DNA of 64,000 nt from an uncultured Solirubrobacteraceae bacterium (GTDB lineage Bacteria > Actinomycetota > Thermoleophilia > Solirubrobacterales > Solirubrobacteraceae), in NCBI GenBank assembly GCA_964483345.1, contig CAZABN010000002.1:8351-72350 (forward strand), read 5' to 3'. Below the pieces are notes generated by a model. The model was not told the origin of the DNA. It did no database searches and saw only the letters and a program-made list of their open reading frames with translations. The translations under genes and the position numbers were made by a program. Positions 30,328 to 38,980 of this stretch are shown piece by piece. The first letter of the stretch is position 1, and each line of letters begins with the position of its first letter.

Positions 30328-30522
30328 ATGGACCAGCTGAACCACGACCTCGCCCGCGGCTCGGCGCACGCCGAGGCCGAGACCGCCGTCGCCGTCGCCG
30401 AGCGGGGGCTCGACTCCTGGCGTGCCGCGAAGCTCGCGTGGCTTGACTCCTTCGCCGCGTTCGTCGCCCAGGAGGCGGCGGCCGCACCGGCCGCCTCCCG
30501 GCTGAGCGCCCGGACGCGCTGA
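30328..30522 (+). CDS. Possible small hypothetical protein
   Basis: ATG ORF (MDQLNHDLARGSAHAE...) with very high GC3, in the gap between hyhB and the oxidase gene. No homology recognisable. Confidence 0.3.
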   Translation: MDQLNHDLARGSAHAEAETAVAVAERGLDSWRAAKLAWLDSFAAFVAQEAAAAPAASRLSARTR

Positions 30523-30547
30523 ACGCGCCAGGCACCCTCGCGTCGCC

Positions 30548-31810
30548 TCAGGGCGATTCGCTTGCGGTGCCGAGCACCCGCTGCGCCAGCCAGTCGTTGC
30601 AGAACGCGCCGCGCGGGTCGAGTTGCTCGCGCAGCCGTGCGAAGTCGGCGAGGCGCTCGTAGCGGCCGGCGAGCGTGTCGGCGCGGGCCAGGAACAGCTT
30701 GCCCCAGTGCGGTCGCGGGGCGAACGGGGCGAGGGCGGCGTCGATCTCCGCCGCGAGCTCCTCGACTCGCCGCTGGTCGCGAAGCCAGGTGAAGTGGATC
30801 GCGACCGTGTCGCGGCCGTACTGCGGGCTCAGCCACAACCCGTCGGCGGCGACGGTGCGGATCTCGCCGATGTGCAAGAGCGGCCGGATCCTCGGCGCGA
30901 GCCGGCGCAGCGTTGCGATCGCCGCGCTCGCATCGGTGCGCGCGAGCAGGTACTCGGACTGCAGCTCCTCGCCGGCGCTCGGCTCGAACTGCAGGCGGAA
31001 GTGCGGCAGGCGGTCGTACCACGGTCCGGGCAGGCCGAGCTGGCCGGTGCAGGCGGCCGGGTCGCCGCCGCGAATCGGGTGAAGCTGGGCGGTGGCGGCG
31101 CGCGCCCCGAACAGCTCGCTGGGCGCCGGCTCCTGTCCCTCTTCGACGCGCCGCTTGACCCACAGCTGGCCGGCCACGTCCTCCCAGCGGGTGAAGACGC
31201 TGACGCTGTCGCCGGCGGCGGTCAGCTCGTCGAAGCTCGCTTCGAGCACCTCCCAGGAGAGGCCCTCGTAGACCACCTGGCTGACCTCGTAGAAGGGCTC
31301 GACGTCGAGCGTCAGGCGGGTGACCGCGCCGAGCGCGCCGAGCCCGACCACGATGCCGTCGAAGTCGGGGTCGCCACGCCGCGCGGCCAGCAGGCGGCCG
31401 TTCGAGGTGACGAGCTCGAGGCCGGCGACCGAGGTCGCGAGATTGCCGAGGCGATCGCCGGAACCGTGTGTCGCCGTCGCGATCGAACCGCCGATCGAGA
31501 TGTGCGGCAGCGAGCCGAGGTTGGCGAGCGCGAGCCCCTCGGCGGCCAGTGCCGGCGCGAGCTCCCCGTAGGTGACCCCGGCGGCGCACGACGCGGTCCC
31601 CGCACCACGATCGATCGCCAGATCGGTGGGGAGGAATCGCAGCGAGACGAGCGCCTCGCAGTCGGCGATCGTGTTGAACGAGTGCCGCGACCCGAGCACC
31701 CGGATCCGCGGCGCGGCAGCGACGATCTCGGCCAGCTCGTCGACGCTGGCTGGGCAGCGCACCCGCTCGGCGGCGTAGACGACGTTTCCGGCCCAGTTGA
31801 CCTCCGGCAC
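30548..31810 (-). CDS. FAD-linked oxidase, D-arabinono-1,4-lactone/alditol (xylitol) oxidase family
   Basis: NWAGNVVY...VDELAEIV...IRVLGSRHSFNTIAD (FAD_binding_4), HISIGGSIATATHGSG and a C-terminal ALO domain ending RPHWGKLF. Confidence 0.85.
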   Translation of the reverse strand: MPEVNWAGNVVYAAERVRCPASVDELAEIVAAAPRIRVLGSRHSFNTIADCEALVSLRFLPTDLAIDRGAGTASCAAGVTYGELAPALAAEGLALANLGSLPHISIGGSIATATHGSGDRLGNLATSVAGLELVTSNGRLLAARRGDPDFDGIVVGLGALGAVTRLTLDVEPFYEVSQVVYEGLSWEVLEASFDELTAAGDSVSVFTRWEDVAGQLWVKRRVEEGQEPAPSELFGARAATAQLHPIRGGDPAACTGQLGLPGPWYDRLPHFRLQFEPSAGEELQSEYLLARTDASAAIATLRRLAPRIRPLLHIGEIRTVAADGLWLSPQYGRDTVAIHFTWLRDQRRVEELAAEIDAALAPFAPRPHWGKLFLARADTLAGRYERLADFARLREQLDPRGAFCNDWLAQRVLGTASESP

Positions 31811-31855
31811 GGCGCGGACGCTATCGCGCCGCTCGCGGCGGCCGCCGGGACGCTT

Positions 31856-32488
31856 CTATGCGCCGGCGGCCGGGATCGACCGCGCGGCCAACTCGAGCAT
31901 CTCGACGCAGACGTCGATCGCGATCAGCGTCGAGTCGAGCATCACGTGGTAGAGCGACGGATCGCCGATGTCGACGCCGTAGAAGTGCCTGGTGTAGGTG
32001 GCGTGGGCGCGATCCTGGCGGCGCTGGCGCTCGCGGGCCGTCGCCTCGTCGATGCCCTCGAGCGCCATCGCCTGGCGCACGCGGCGCTCGGCCGGGCCGT
32101 CGAGGCGCACCCGCAGCACGCTCGGATGCTCGCGCAGGACGACCGCCGCGGCTCGCCCCAGGATCACCCCGTGCCCGCTCTGCGCCTGGCGCAGCAGGAC
32201 GTCCTCGGTCGCGTCGCGAAAATCGCCCGCCGTCGCCGGCGCCGCCGGCGTGCCGGCGGGAGCCGCGATGTCCTGGCCGATGAAGCCGCGCAGCATCCGC
32301 TCGAGCCAGCTCGCGTTGAGCTGCTCGTCGTGAGCCTCGGCGTCGTCGAAGGGCACCGCCAGCTCCTCCGCCACACCCGCCGGGATTGCCCGGTCGAGGA
32401 AGGGGACATCGAGGCGCTCGGCGAGCGCCGGGCCGATCCGGCTGCCGCCGGCGCCATAGGAGCCGGAGATCGTGACGAGGCGGGTCAC
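31856..32488 (-). CDS. Cytidylate-kinase-like (AAA/P-loop NMP kinase-like) family protein
   Basis: LVTISGSYGAGGSRIGPALAERLDVPFLDRAI P-loop-like N-terminus. The GTG start overlaps the MFS stop (GTGA). Confidence 0.7.
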   Translation of the reverse strand: MTRLVTISGSYGAGGSRIGPALAERLDVPFLDRAIPAGVAEELAVPFDDAEAHDEQLNASWLERMLRGFIGQDIAAPAGTPAAPATAGDFRDATEDVLLRQAQSGHGVILGRAAAVVLREHPSVLRVRLDGPAERRVRQAMALEGIDEATARERQRRQDRAHATYTRHFYGVDIGDPSLYHVMLDSTLIAIDVCVEMLELAARSIPAAGA

Positions 32489-34254
32489 CGCGCCACCCGC
32501 TCGGCCGCCGTCACCGCGACCGGCGGCGGCGGGGGCGCGCTCTCGCGATCATCCTCGCGGTAGTGGTACTTGCCGCCGCGCAGCCACGACGCCCCGGCGG
32601 CGATCAGGCACGCGATCAGCGCGAACGTGAAGGCGACCCCCAGCGCGCTCGAGAACGGGCCGCTGATCAGCCGGGGGAAGAACGACCGGCTGGTCAGCGC
32701 CGCCGCCTGCGACGCGCTCAGCCGGTGCAGCGCGGGGCCGAGCAGCTGCTTGACCGGGTTGTAGCCGAGGAACGCGGCGAACAGCGAGGCCACGGGCGGC
32801 AGATGGGCGATGCGACCGGCCTGGGAGGCCGGCAGCCCGTGCGCCATCAGCCCGGAGCGCAGCGCCGCCGGCAGCCGGGCGGCGAGCCCGACGATCATCA
32901 GCGAGAAGAAGATGCCGATCGAGAGCACCATCGCCGAATTCTGGAAGGTCGCGGCCATCCCGGCACCCACGCCGCGCTGGCTGGGCGGCAGGCTGTTCAT
33001 GATCCCCGCGCGATTCGGGGAGGCGAACAGTCCCATCCCGATCCCGTTCAGCAGAAGAACCCCCGCGAAAGCGGCATAGGAAAAATTGACGGGCAGATGC
33101 TCCAGCAGCAGGAACGAGGCGGCGGCCACCAGCATCCCGGCGGTCGCGAACGGGCGGGCGCCGTAGTGGTCCGAGAGCAGGCCCGACAGCGGACCGGCGA
33201 TCAGGAAGCCCGCGGTCAGCGGCACCATGTAGATGCCCGCCCACAGCGGCGTGGTCGCGAAGCTGTAGCCGTGCTCCGGCAGCCAGACCCCCTGCAGCCA
33301 GATGATCAGCACGAACTGCAGGCCGCCGCGGCCGATCGCCGACAGCAGGCTCGCCAGGTTGCCCGCCGCGAACGCGCGGATGCGAAACAGCTGCAGGTGG
33401 AACATCGGCTGCGCCACCCGCATCTCGATCACGCAGAAGATCGCCAGCACGACGACCCCGCCGATCAGCTCGGTGAGCACCTTCGGGCTCGTCCAGCTCA
33501 TCGTGTGCGTGCCGTACGGCTGGATGCCGTAGGTGATGCCGACCATCACGGCGATCAGGCCGACGGCGAAGGTGATGTTGCCGAGCCAGTCGATCCGGGC
33601 GTGCTGACGCGCGCTCAGGTCGTGCAGCTTCACGTAGGCCCAGAAGGTCCCGAACACCCCGAACGGGACGGACACCAGGAACACCAGCCGCCACTCCACG
33701 GGTGCGAGCAGCCCGCCCAGGATCAGCCCGACGAACGATCCCGCGATCGCCGCCACGCCGTTGATCCCGAGCGCGAGGCCCCGCTGGTTCTCGGGGAACG
33801 CGTCGGTGATGATCGCCCCCGAGTTCGCGAACAGCATCGCGCCGCCGATCCCCTGCCCGATCCGCATGCCGATCAGCCACAGCGCACCGGCGCCGCCCTT
33901 CAGCCAGGTCGCCGCCAAAAGCAGCGAGAACAGCGTGAACACGGCGAAGCCGAGGTTGTACATCCGCACGCGCCCGTACATGTCGCCGAGGCGGCCGAAG
34001 CTGACGACCAGCACCGCGGTCACGACGAGGAAGCCGAGGATCATCCACAGCAGGTAGTTCGTGTTGCCCGGGGTGAGCGGGTTGACGTCGATGCCGCGAA
34101 AGATGTCCGGCAGGGCGATCAGCAGGATCGACGAGTTGATCGTCGCGAGCAGTACGCCGATCGTCGTGTTCGACAGCACGACCCACTTGTAGTTCGGTCC
34201 CGGGGGCGCGGGTGGATGCCGCCGCCTGCCGCCGGGTGCCGAGGTGGCGGTCAC
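32485..34254 (-). CDS. MFS transporter, DHA2 (14-TM, EmrB/QacA-like) family
   Basis: 589 aa and about 14 TM helices. MFS motif A-like GRLGDMYGRVRMY, and GQGIGGAMLFANSGAIITDAFPENQRGLALG. Confidence 0.9.
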   Translation of the reverse strand: MTATSAPGGRRRHPPAPPGPNYKWVVLSNTTIGVLLATINSSILLIALPDIFRGIDVNPLTPGNTNYLLWMILGFLVVTAVLVVSFGRLGDMYGRVRMYNLGFAVFTLFSLLLAATWLKGGAGALWLIGMRIGQGIGGAMLFANSGAIITDAFPENQRGLALGINGVAAIAGSFVGLILGGLLAPVEWRLVFLVSVPFGVFGTFWAYVKLHDLSARQHARIDWLGNITFAVGLIAVMVGITYGIQPYGTHTMSWTSPKVLTELIGGVVVLAIFCVIEMRVAQPMFHLQLFRIRAFAAGNLASLLSAIGRGGLQFVLIIWLQGVWLPEHGYSFATTPLWAGIYMVPLTAGFLIAGPLSGLLSDHYGARPFATAGMLVAAASFLLLEHLPVNFSYAAFAGVLLLNGIGMGLFASPNRAGIMNSLPPSQRGVGAGMAATFQNSAMVLSIGIFFSLMIVGLAARLPAALRSGLMAHGLPASQAGRIAHLPPVASLFAAFLGYNPVKQLLGPALHRLSASQAAALTSRSFFPRLISGPFSSALGVAFTFALIACLIAAGASWLRGGKYHYREDDRESAPPPPPVAVTAAERVAR

Positions 34255-34382
34255 GCCCGCGAGAACTTTTTTGATGGGACCGCTTCGCGGTCTGTCGTCA
34301 GCGCCACCGGGGCGCGCGCTGTTGCGGTCTCGCCCACCGTGTCAATGCTAGTCGCCGGGTGTCCCGGGCCCGGCCCAGCGCG

Positions 34383-34982
34383 TCAGGCGCGCGGCTGCAC
34401 GAGCGGGCCGAGGTAGCAGCGGGCGAGCGTCGCGGCGAGCCGCTCGGCGCCGCCGGGGGCGTGGGCCGGAGCCGAGCTGACGAGGATCGTGATCAGCCGC
34501 ACCCCGTCGGTGGTGATCAGCTGGCCGGTGGAGGCGAACCAGTCCGCCTCGAGGCCGAGATGCGCGACGTAGCGCGGGTAGGCGGCCGCGCCCTCGTTGT
34601 GCCAGAGCACGTTCTGGCCAAATTCGACGGATTCGCGCTCGAGCCGGTAGTAGGCCTGTGGCGCGCTGTCGAGCTCGGCGACGACGTCGAGGGTCCGTGC
34701 TCCGCCGGCCCCGCGAATCGTGAAGCGGCAGCTCGCCTCGCCGCCGTCGGCTGTGAAGGCGGTGGCGACGATCGAGGTTGCGGAGAGCGAGGCGGCTCGC
34801 GCGAGCGTGGCGCCGGCGCGCTGCGCGCACGGCGGCGCGAGGCGGGCCGCGGTGGCGCCGTCGTGATGCGCCGCGGTCGCGCTCGCGCCGCAGGCGGCTG
34901 TGATCAGCGCGAGCCCGAGCGACGGTAGGAGCGATGCGCGCGCCGGAGCGCCGAGATACGGTCGCCTCGACACCCGCCGCAT
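34383..34982 (-). CDS. Hypothetical secreted protein or lipoprotein
   Basis: N-terminal signal with LGLALITAAC-GASA (lipobox-like). No recognisable domain. Confidence 0.5.
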   Translation of the reverse strand: MRRVSRRPYLGAPARASLLPSLGLALITAACGASATAAHHDGATAARLAPPCAQRAGATLARAASLSATSIVATAFTADGGEASCRFTIRGAGGARTLDVVAELDSAPQAYYRLERESVEFGQNVLWHNEGAAAYPRYVAHLGLEADWFASTGQLITTDGVRLITILVSSAPAHAPGGAERLAATLARCYLGPLVQPRA

Positions 34983-35058
34983 CGTAGTGCGGCCGCGAGG
35001 GTCACTGCCGCGGCCGGCGGACCGAGGCCGTCGGCAGAGGCCCTGCGCTGCGGCCCCT

Positions 35059-37074
35059 CTATGCGCGCTGAGCGAGGCGCGCGTCGTCGACGCTGGCGCC
35101 GCCCGCCGGCGGGATCCAGCGTCGCAGCGTCTCGATCAGGTGTTCGCGCCGGATCGGCTTGCTGATGTAGTCGTCCATTCCGGCTTCGAGGCAGCGTGCC
35201 CGATCGCCCGCCATGGCGTGGGCTGTCATCGCGATCACGGGCGTGTGGCGGGTCCCGTGCTCGCGGCGACGCAGCTGCGCGGTCGCGTCGTAGCCGTCCA
35301 TCTCGAGCATCTCGCAGTCCATCAGGACCGCGTCGTAGCCGCGCTGCGCCAGCGCCGCCAGCGCCTGGCGCCCGTCGCTCACCACGTCGACGTTGCAGCC
35401 GCAGCGCTCCAGCGTGCGCGCGGTGACGATCTGGTTCACGGGGCTGTCCTCGGCGACCAGCACCAGGGGCGCGGTCAGCCACAGCGGGCCTGCGACGGCG
35501 CTCGCGTCGGCGGCGCCGGCGCCGGCGCCATCGTTCGTCGCGAGCGAGAGCGTGAGTGGAATCTCGATCCAGAAGGTGCTGCCGGCGCCCGGCTCGCTCT
35601 CCACGCCGATCGTGCCGCTCATCAGCTCGACCAGTTCACGGGCGATCGTGAGGCCGAGGCCGGTGCCGCCGTAGATGCGTGTCGTCGAAACATCGGCCTG
35701 CGTGAACGGCTCGAACACGGTCTCGAGGACCGTCTGTTCGATCCCGATTCCGGTGTCGGTCACCTCGATGCGGATCCGTCCTTCGCCATCCGCCCGGGGC
35801 ACCCGGCTGACGCGCACGACGACCGAGCCCGCGGCCGTGAACTTGACGGCGTTGGCGACGAGGTTCAGGAGAACCTGACGCACGCGACGGCCGTCGCCGC
35901 GGGCGTGCTCGGGGACGTCATCGGCGATCCTGACGTCGAGTTCGACACCCTTCGCGTCGGCGCGAAGCCTGACCGGGGCGCAGGTCTGCTCGATCGTCTC
36001 GCGCAGCGGGAAGTCGGAGATCGCCAGCTCGAGCCGGCCGGCCTCGATCTTCGAGATGTCGAGGATGTCGTCGATCAGCTCGACCATCAGCTCACCCGAG
36101 TGCGACACCTGCGTCGCGAGCGCTCGCTGGTCCTCGTCGAGATCGCTGTCGAGCAGCAGCTCGGTCATGCCGAGCACGCCGTTCATCGGCGTGCGGATCT
36201 CGTGGCTGATCGTGGCGAGAAAAGCCGATTTCGTGTTCGAGGCCTCGACCGCCGCGTCACGCGCCGCGGAAAGCTCGGCGGCCGCCCGGTTGCGCGCGGT
36301 CACATCCTTGCTGGAGGCGATGCGGCAGGCTCGCCCGCCGAGCATCACGTCGGTGCTCGTGAGCTCGACCGCGAGCACCGTGCCGTCCTTGCAGCGGTGG
36401 CGCCACGGCACGACCACCGGCAGCCCGTGTCCGGATTCGTCCTCCGCGCGCCGGAGCGCGGCGAGGAAGGGTTCCGCGTCCTCCGGCGGCACCAGGTCGG
36501 TGACGGTCAGGGCGAGAAACTCGTCGCGCGTATAGCCGTACATCGCCAGCGCCGCCCGGTTGACCGCGACCACGCAGAGCGTGCCCTGGTCGCGCACCCA
36601 CATCGGCTGCGGATTGTGCTCGAAGAGCACCCGCTGCATGTGCTCGCTGGCCGCCAGCTGCTCGCGGCTCACGCGCAGAGCGCGCTCGGCCTCGACGTTC
36701 GCGGTGACGTCGCGGCTGACGCCCCAGGTGCCGACGATCTCGCCCTGTTCGTTGCGCAGCGGCAGTTTCGTCGTCTGCCTCCAGACGTCCGCGCCGTGCT
36801 CCGAGCGCTCGTGCTCCGGCTCGGCCAGCAGCGGCTCGCCGCTCTCCATCACACGCAGGTCCTCGAGGCGCGACAGCCCCGCGTCGGCGACGCCGAAAAC
36901 GTCGGCGTCCGTCCTTCCGATCACCTGCTCCTTCAGCCCCGGTGCGTGCAGGCGGCGCCGCTCCGTGCCCGTCAGCCAGCCGGCGCTGACCGCGAGGTAG
37001 CGACCGTCGCGGTCCTTGAACGAGATCCGCTCGTCGCTGCACGCGAGCAGGTTGTTGACGCAGAGCGGCCCCAT
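35059..37074 (-). CDS. Cytoplasmic hybrid sensor histidine kinase (PAS-PAS-HisKA-HATPase_c-REC)
   Basis: Two PAS modules (ISFKDRDGRYLAVSAGW..., FEHNPQPMWVRD...), an H-box FLATISHEIRTPMNGV, an HATPase (GTGLGLTIAREL) and a C-terminal receiver (VLVAEDSPVNQ...DAVLMDCEMLEMDGY...YISKP). Start taken at ATG 37074. The 114 codons upstream in the same ORF are a TA-gene relic. Confidence 0.85.
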   Translation of the reverse strand: MGPLCVNNLLACSDERISFKDRDGRYLAVSAGWLTGTERRRLHAPGLKEQVIGRTDADVFGVADAGLSRLEDLRVMESGEPLLAEPEHERSEHGADVWRQTTKLPLRNEQGEIVGTWGVSRDVTANVEAERALRVSREQLAASEHMQRVLFEHNPQPMWVRDQGTLCVVAVNRAALAMYGYTRDEFLALTVTDLVPPEDAEPFLAALRRAEDESGHGLPVVVPWRHRCKDGTVLAVELTSTDVMLGGRACRIASSKDVTARNRAAAELSAARDAAVEASNTKSAFLATISHEIRTPMNGVLGMTELLLDSDLDEDQRALATQVSHSGELMVELIDDILDISKIEAGRLELAISDFPLRETIEQTCAPVRLRADAKGVELDVRIADDVPEHARGDGRRVRQVLLNLVANAVKFTAAGSVVVRVSRVPRADGEGRIRIEVTDTGIGIEQTVLETVFEPFTQADVSTTRIYGGTGLGLTIARELVELMSGTIGVESEPGAGSTFWIEIPLTLSLATNDGAGAGAADASAVAGPLWLTAPLVLVAEDSPVNQIVTARTLERCGCNVDVVSDGRQALAALAQRGYDAVLMDCEMLEMDGYDATAQLRRREHGTRHTPVIAMTAHAMAGDRARCLEAGMDDYISKPIRREHLIETLRRWIPPAGGASVDDARLAQRA

Positions 37075-37224
37075 CCCCTCGCCGAAGACGCCGTTCGAAG
37101 CCGGATCGAGTCGCAGTTCGTCCAATGCGTAACACCGCTTGTATCGGCCGCCCGGGGTGGAGCATGAACCGGCGGGGGCGCGGCCGAAGGGCGCCGGCTC
37201 TCGATGACACCGCGCGCGCGGCCG

Positions 37225-37362
37225 CGCGACGAACGTGCGGGCGGCGTCGCGGCGATCGCCTTGGCCGGCGTAACGGGTGAGCCAGCGGTTCAGCAGCTCG
37301 TTGCCACAGTCGAAGGCTGCGGTGTCGTGGCGAACTGGGTGAAACGCTCGGTGCCCGTGAAC
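37225..37362 (-). pseudogene. Truncated GNAT toxin (TacT/DUF1778-partner type), N-terminal fragment only
   Basis: HRAFHPVRHDTAAFDCGNELLNRWLTRYAGQGDRRDAARTFVA matches the N-terminal pattern of TacT-like acetyltransferase toxins (H..s.FdCG...LN.wL...A.q......artfV). The acetyl-CoA-binding core is absent, and the frame runs on into the kinase gene. Confidence 0.55.
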
Positions 37363-37369
37363 CCGGCGC

Positions 37370-37510
37370 TCACGCCCGGTCGCGCAGTTCGCGCAGGCGC
37401 GCGACCGCGTCGCCATCAGGAGCCTCGAGCGCGTCGAGGGTCCGAGTCGCTTCTTCCTCCGTGAGAACGATGTCTCGCTGACGGCCGCGAGTCGCCCGAC
37501 TTACGCGGGA
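37370..37510 (-). pseudogene. Truncated DUF1778 (TacA-type) antitoxin, C-terminal fragment only
   Basis: RDIVLTEEEATRTLDALEAPDGDAVARLRELRDR matches the C-terminal half of DUF1778 antitoxins (f.L.eee...f...LdaP....). The N-terminal ribbon-helix-helix half is missing. Confidence 0.5.
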
Positions 37511-37523
37511 TGACGTCCCAGAT

Positions 37524-37579
37524 TGTCCATGCCGGAGGAGGGGTCTGGGTTCAGCACATATGTCCATGCCGGAGGAGGG
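37524..37579. repeat. 19-nt perfect direct repeat duplicating the tRNA-Met 3' end (att-like scar)
   Basis: tgtccatgccggaggaggg occurs at 37524-37542 and at 37561-37579, separated by 18 nt. The second copy is the last 13 nt of tRNA-Met plus 6 nt of 3' flank. Confidence 0.85.
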
Positions 37580-37640
37580 ACTCGAACCCCCGACACGCGG
37601 ATTATGATTCCGCTGCTCTAACCGACTGAGCTACTCCGGC
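37567..37640 (-). tRNA. tRNA with CAU anticodon (elongator tRNA-Met; tRNA-Ile2 not excluded)
   Basis: Reverse complement reads GCCGGAG-TA-GCTC-AGTCGGTTA-GAGC-A-GCGGA-ATCATAA-TCCGC-GTGTC-GGGGG-TTCGAGT-CCCTC-CTCCGGC-A. All stems are perfect. It is not initiator-like: G1-C72 is paired and the anticodon stem has no GGG/CCC. No encoded CCA. Confidence 0.88.
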
Positions 37641-37677
37641 GGGGATCGGCACTCTACCGAGCCGGCAGCTTCGCGCC

Positions 37678-38601
37678 GTGTCGCCGCGCGATCCGGGCGC
37701 CGGCGGACGGCGTGTGCGTATCGTCTCGCTCGTGGTCGTCCTGCTCGCCGTGCCGAACGTCTCCGAGGGCCGCGATCCCGAGGTGCTCGACGCGATCGCC
37801 GACGCCTTCGCGAGCGGTGCGCGCGTGCTCGACCGCCACGCGGACGCCGACCACCATCGCGCGGTCTACTCGCTCGCGGGAGCGCCCGGAACGCTCTCGC
37901 AGGGGCTGGTGGCCGGGGCGCAGGAGGCGGTGGCGAGGATCGATCTTCGCGCTCCGCGTGGCCAGCATCCGCACATCGGCGCGATCGACGTCGTGCCGCT
38001 CGTTCACGTGAGCGACGCGGAACGCGGGGCGGCGTGCGCGGAGGCGCTGCTGACGGCCGATCGGCTGGGCGGCGAGCTGCGCCTGCCCGTGTTCCTCTAC
38101 GGGGCACTCGCCGGCGGTCGCACGCGCGCCGAGCTGCGTCGCGGCGGGATCGCGAACCTGGCGGCCCGCATCGCCGACGAGGAGCTGACGCCCGACTACG
38201 GCCCGCGCCGCCTGCACCCGAGCGCGGGCGCGGTGCTGGTCTGCGCGCGACCGCCGCTTGTGGCGTTCAACCTCGAGCTCGCGGCGCCCGCCCACCTCGG
38301 CACGGCCCGCGAGATCGCGGAGAGCATCCGCGAGGGCGGGCGCGAGGGCCTGCCGGGGCTGCGCGCGATCGCGATCGAGCTGGTGTCGCGCCAGCGCACC
38401 GCGCAGGTCTCGATGAACGTGGAGGATCCGCTCGCGCTGCCGCTGGCGGCGATCGTGGACGCCGTGTCGCGCCACGCCGACATCGCAGCCGCGGAAATCG
38501 TGGGGCTCACGCCACGCGCCGCGCTGGCGGGATTCCCGGCCGAGCTCGAGCTCCGCGGCTTCGACCCCGCCCGCCAGATCATCGAGAACCATCTAGATTG
38601 A
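37678..38601 (+). CDS. Glutamate formimidoyltransferase (FtcD N-terminal domain family)
   Basis: LLAVPNVSEGRDPEVLDAIA...HHRAVYSLAG is the formiminotransferase signature (cVPNfSEGR). GTG starts are possible at 37678, 37714 and 37732. Confidence 0.85.
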   Translation: MSPRDPGAGGRRVRIVSLVVVLLAVPNVSEGRDPEVLDAIADAFASGARVLDRHADADHHRAVYSLAGAPGTLSQGLVAGAQEAVARIDLRAPRGQHPHIGAIDVVPLVHVSDAERGAACAEALLTADRLGGELRLPVFLYGALAGGRTRAELRRGGIANLAARIADEELTPDYGPRRLHPSAGAVLVCARPPLVAFNLELAAPAHLGTAREIAESIREGGREGLPGLRAIAIELVSRQRTAQVSMNVEDPLALPLAAIVDAVSRHADIAAAEIVGLTPRAALAGFPAELELRGFDPARQIIENHLD

Positions 38602-38611
38602 TAGCCAACAG

Positions 38612-38980
38612 ATGCCCCGCGCCCCCCGCCCCCGAAAGACCAAGCACCGCGGCAACGCAGCCGGGATGATCGAGTCGCGCGGGCGCACCGGGCGCAAGCC
38701 GAGCGCAGCCGAGAAGGGCAGCTCGGGCGGCCGCGCCCGCGGCGCCCGCGAGCCGCGCAAGAACCGCTACGACTCGCCGCCGACCTGGAAGGGTTCGCTG
38801 TGGCGGGCGGCGATCGCGGCCGCCGTCGTCTACGCGGTCTCGACCCTGCTGCTGAAGCACACGACGCCGACCAAGAACCTGCTGATCGTCCCGGTGGTGC
38901 TGGCGCTCTACATGCCGATCATCTACTACACCGACCACTTCATGTACCGCCGCCAGCAGCGCAGGAAGGCCGCGCGCTGA
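38612..38980 (+). CDS. Hypothetical membrane protein with highly basic N-terminus
   Basis: 122 aa with a Lys/Arg-rich first 55 aa, then two TM helices. Its stop overlaps the next start (TGATG). Confidence 0.55.
   Translation: MPRAPRPRKTKHRGNAAGMIESRGRTGRKPSAAEKGSSGGRARGAREPRKNRYDSPPTWKGSLWRAAIAAAVVYAVSTLLLKHTTPTKNLLIVPVVLALYMPIIYYTDHFMYRRQQRRKAAR

Noticed and set aside
35059-37416. Treating the whole 785-aa ORF as a novel GNAT-toxin::histidine-kinase fusion protein.
   Set aside because: Only about 45 residues of the toxin N-terminus are present and the catalytic GNAT core is absent. About 50 residues of non-homologous sequence follow before the first PAS domain. A deletion scar explains this better than a functional fusion.
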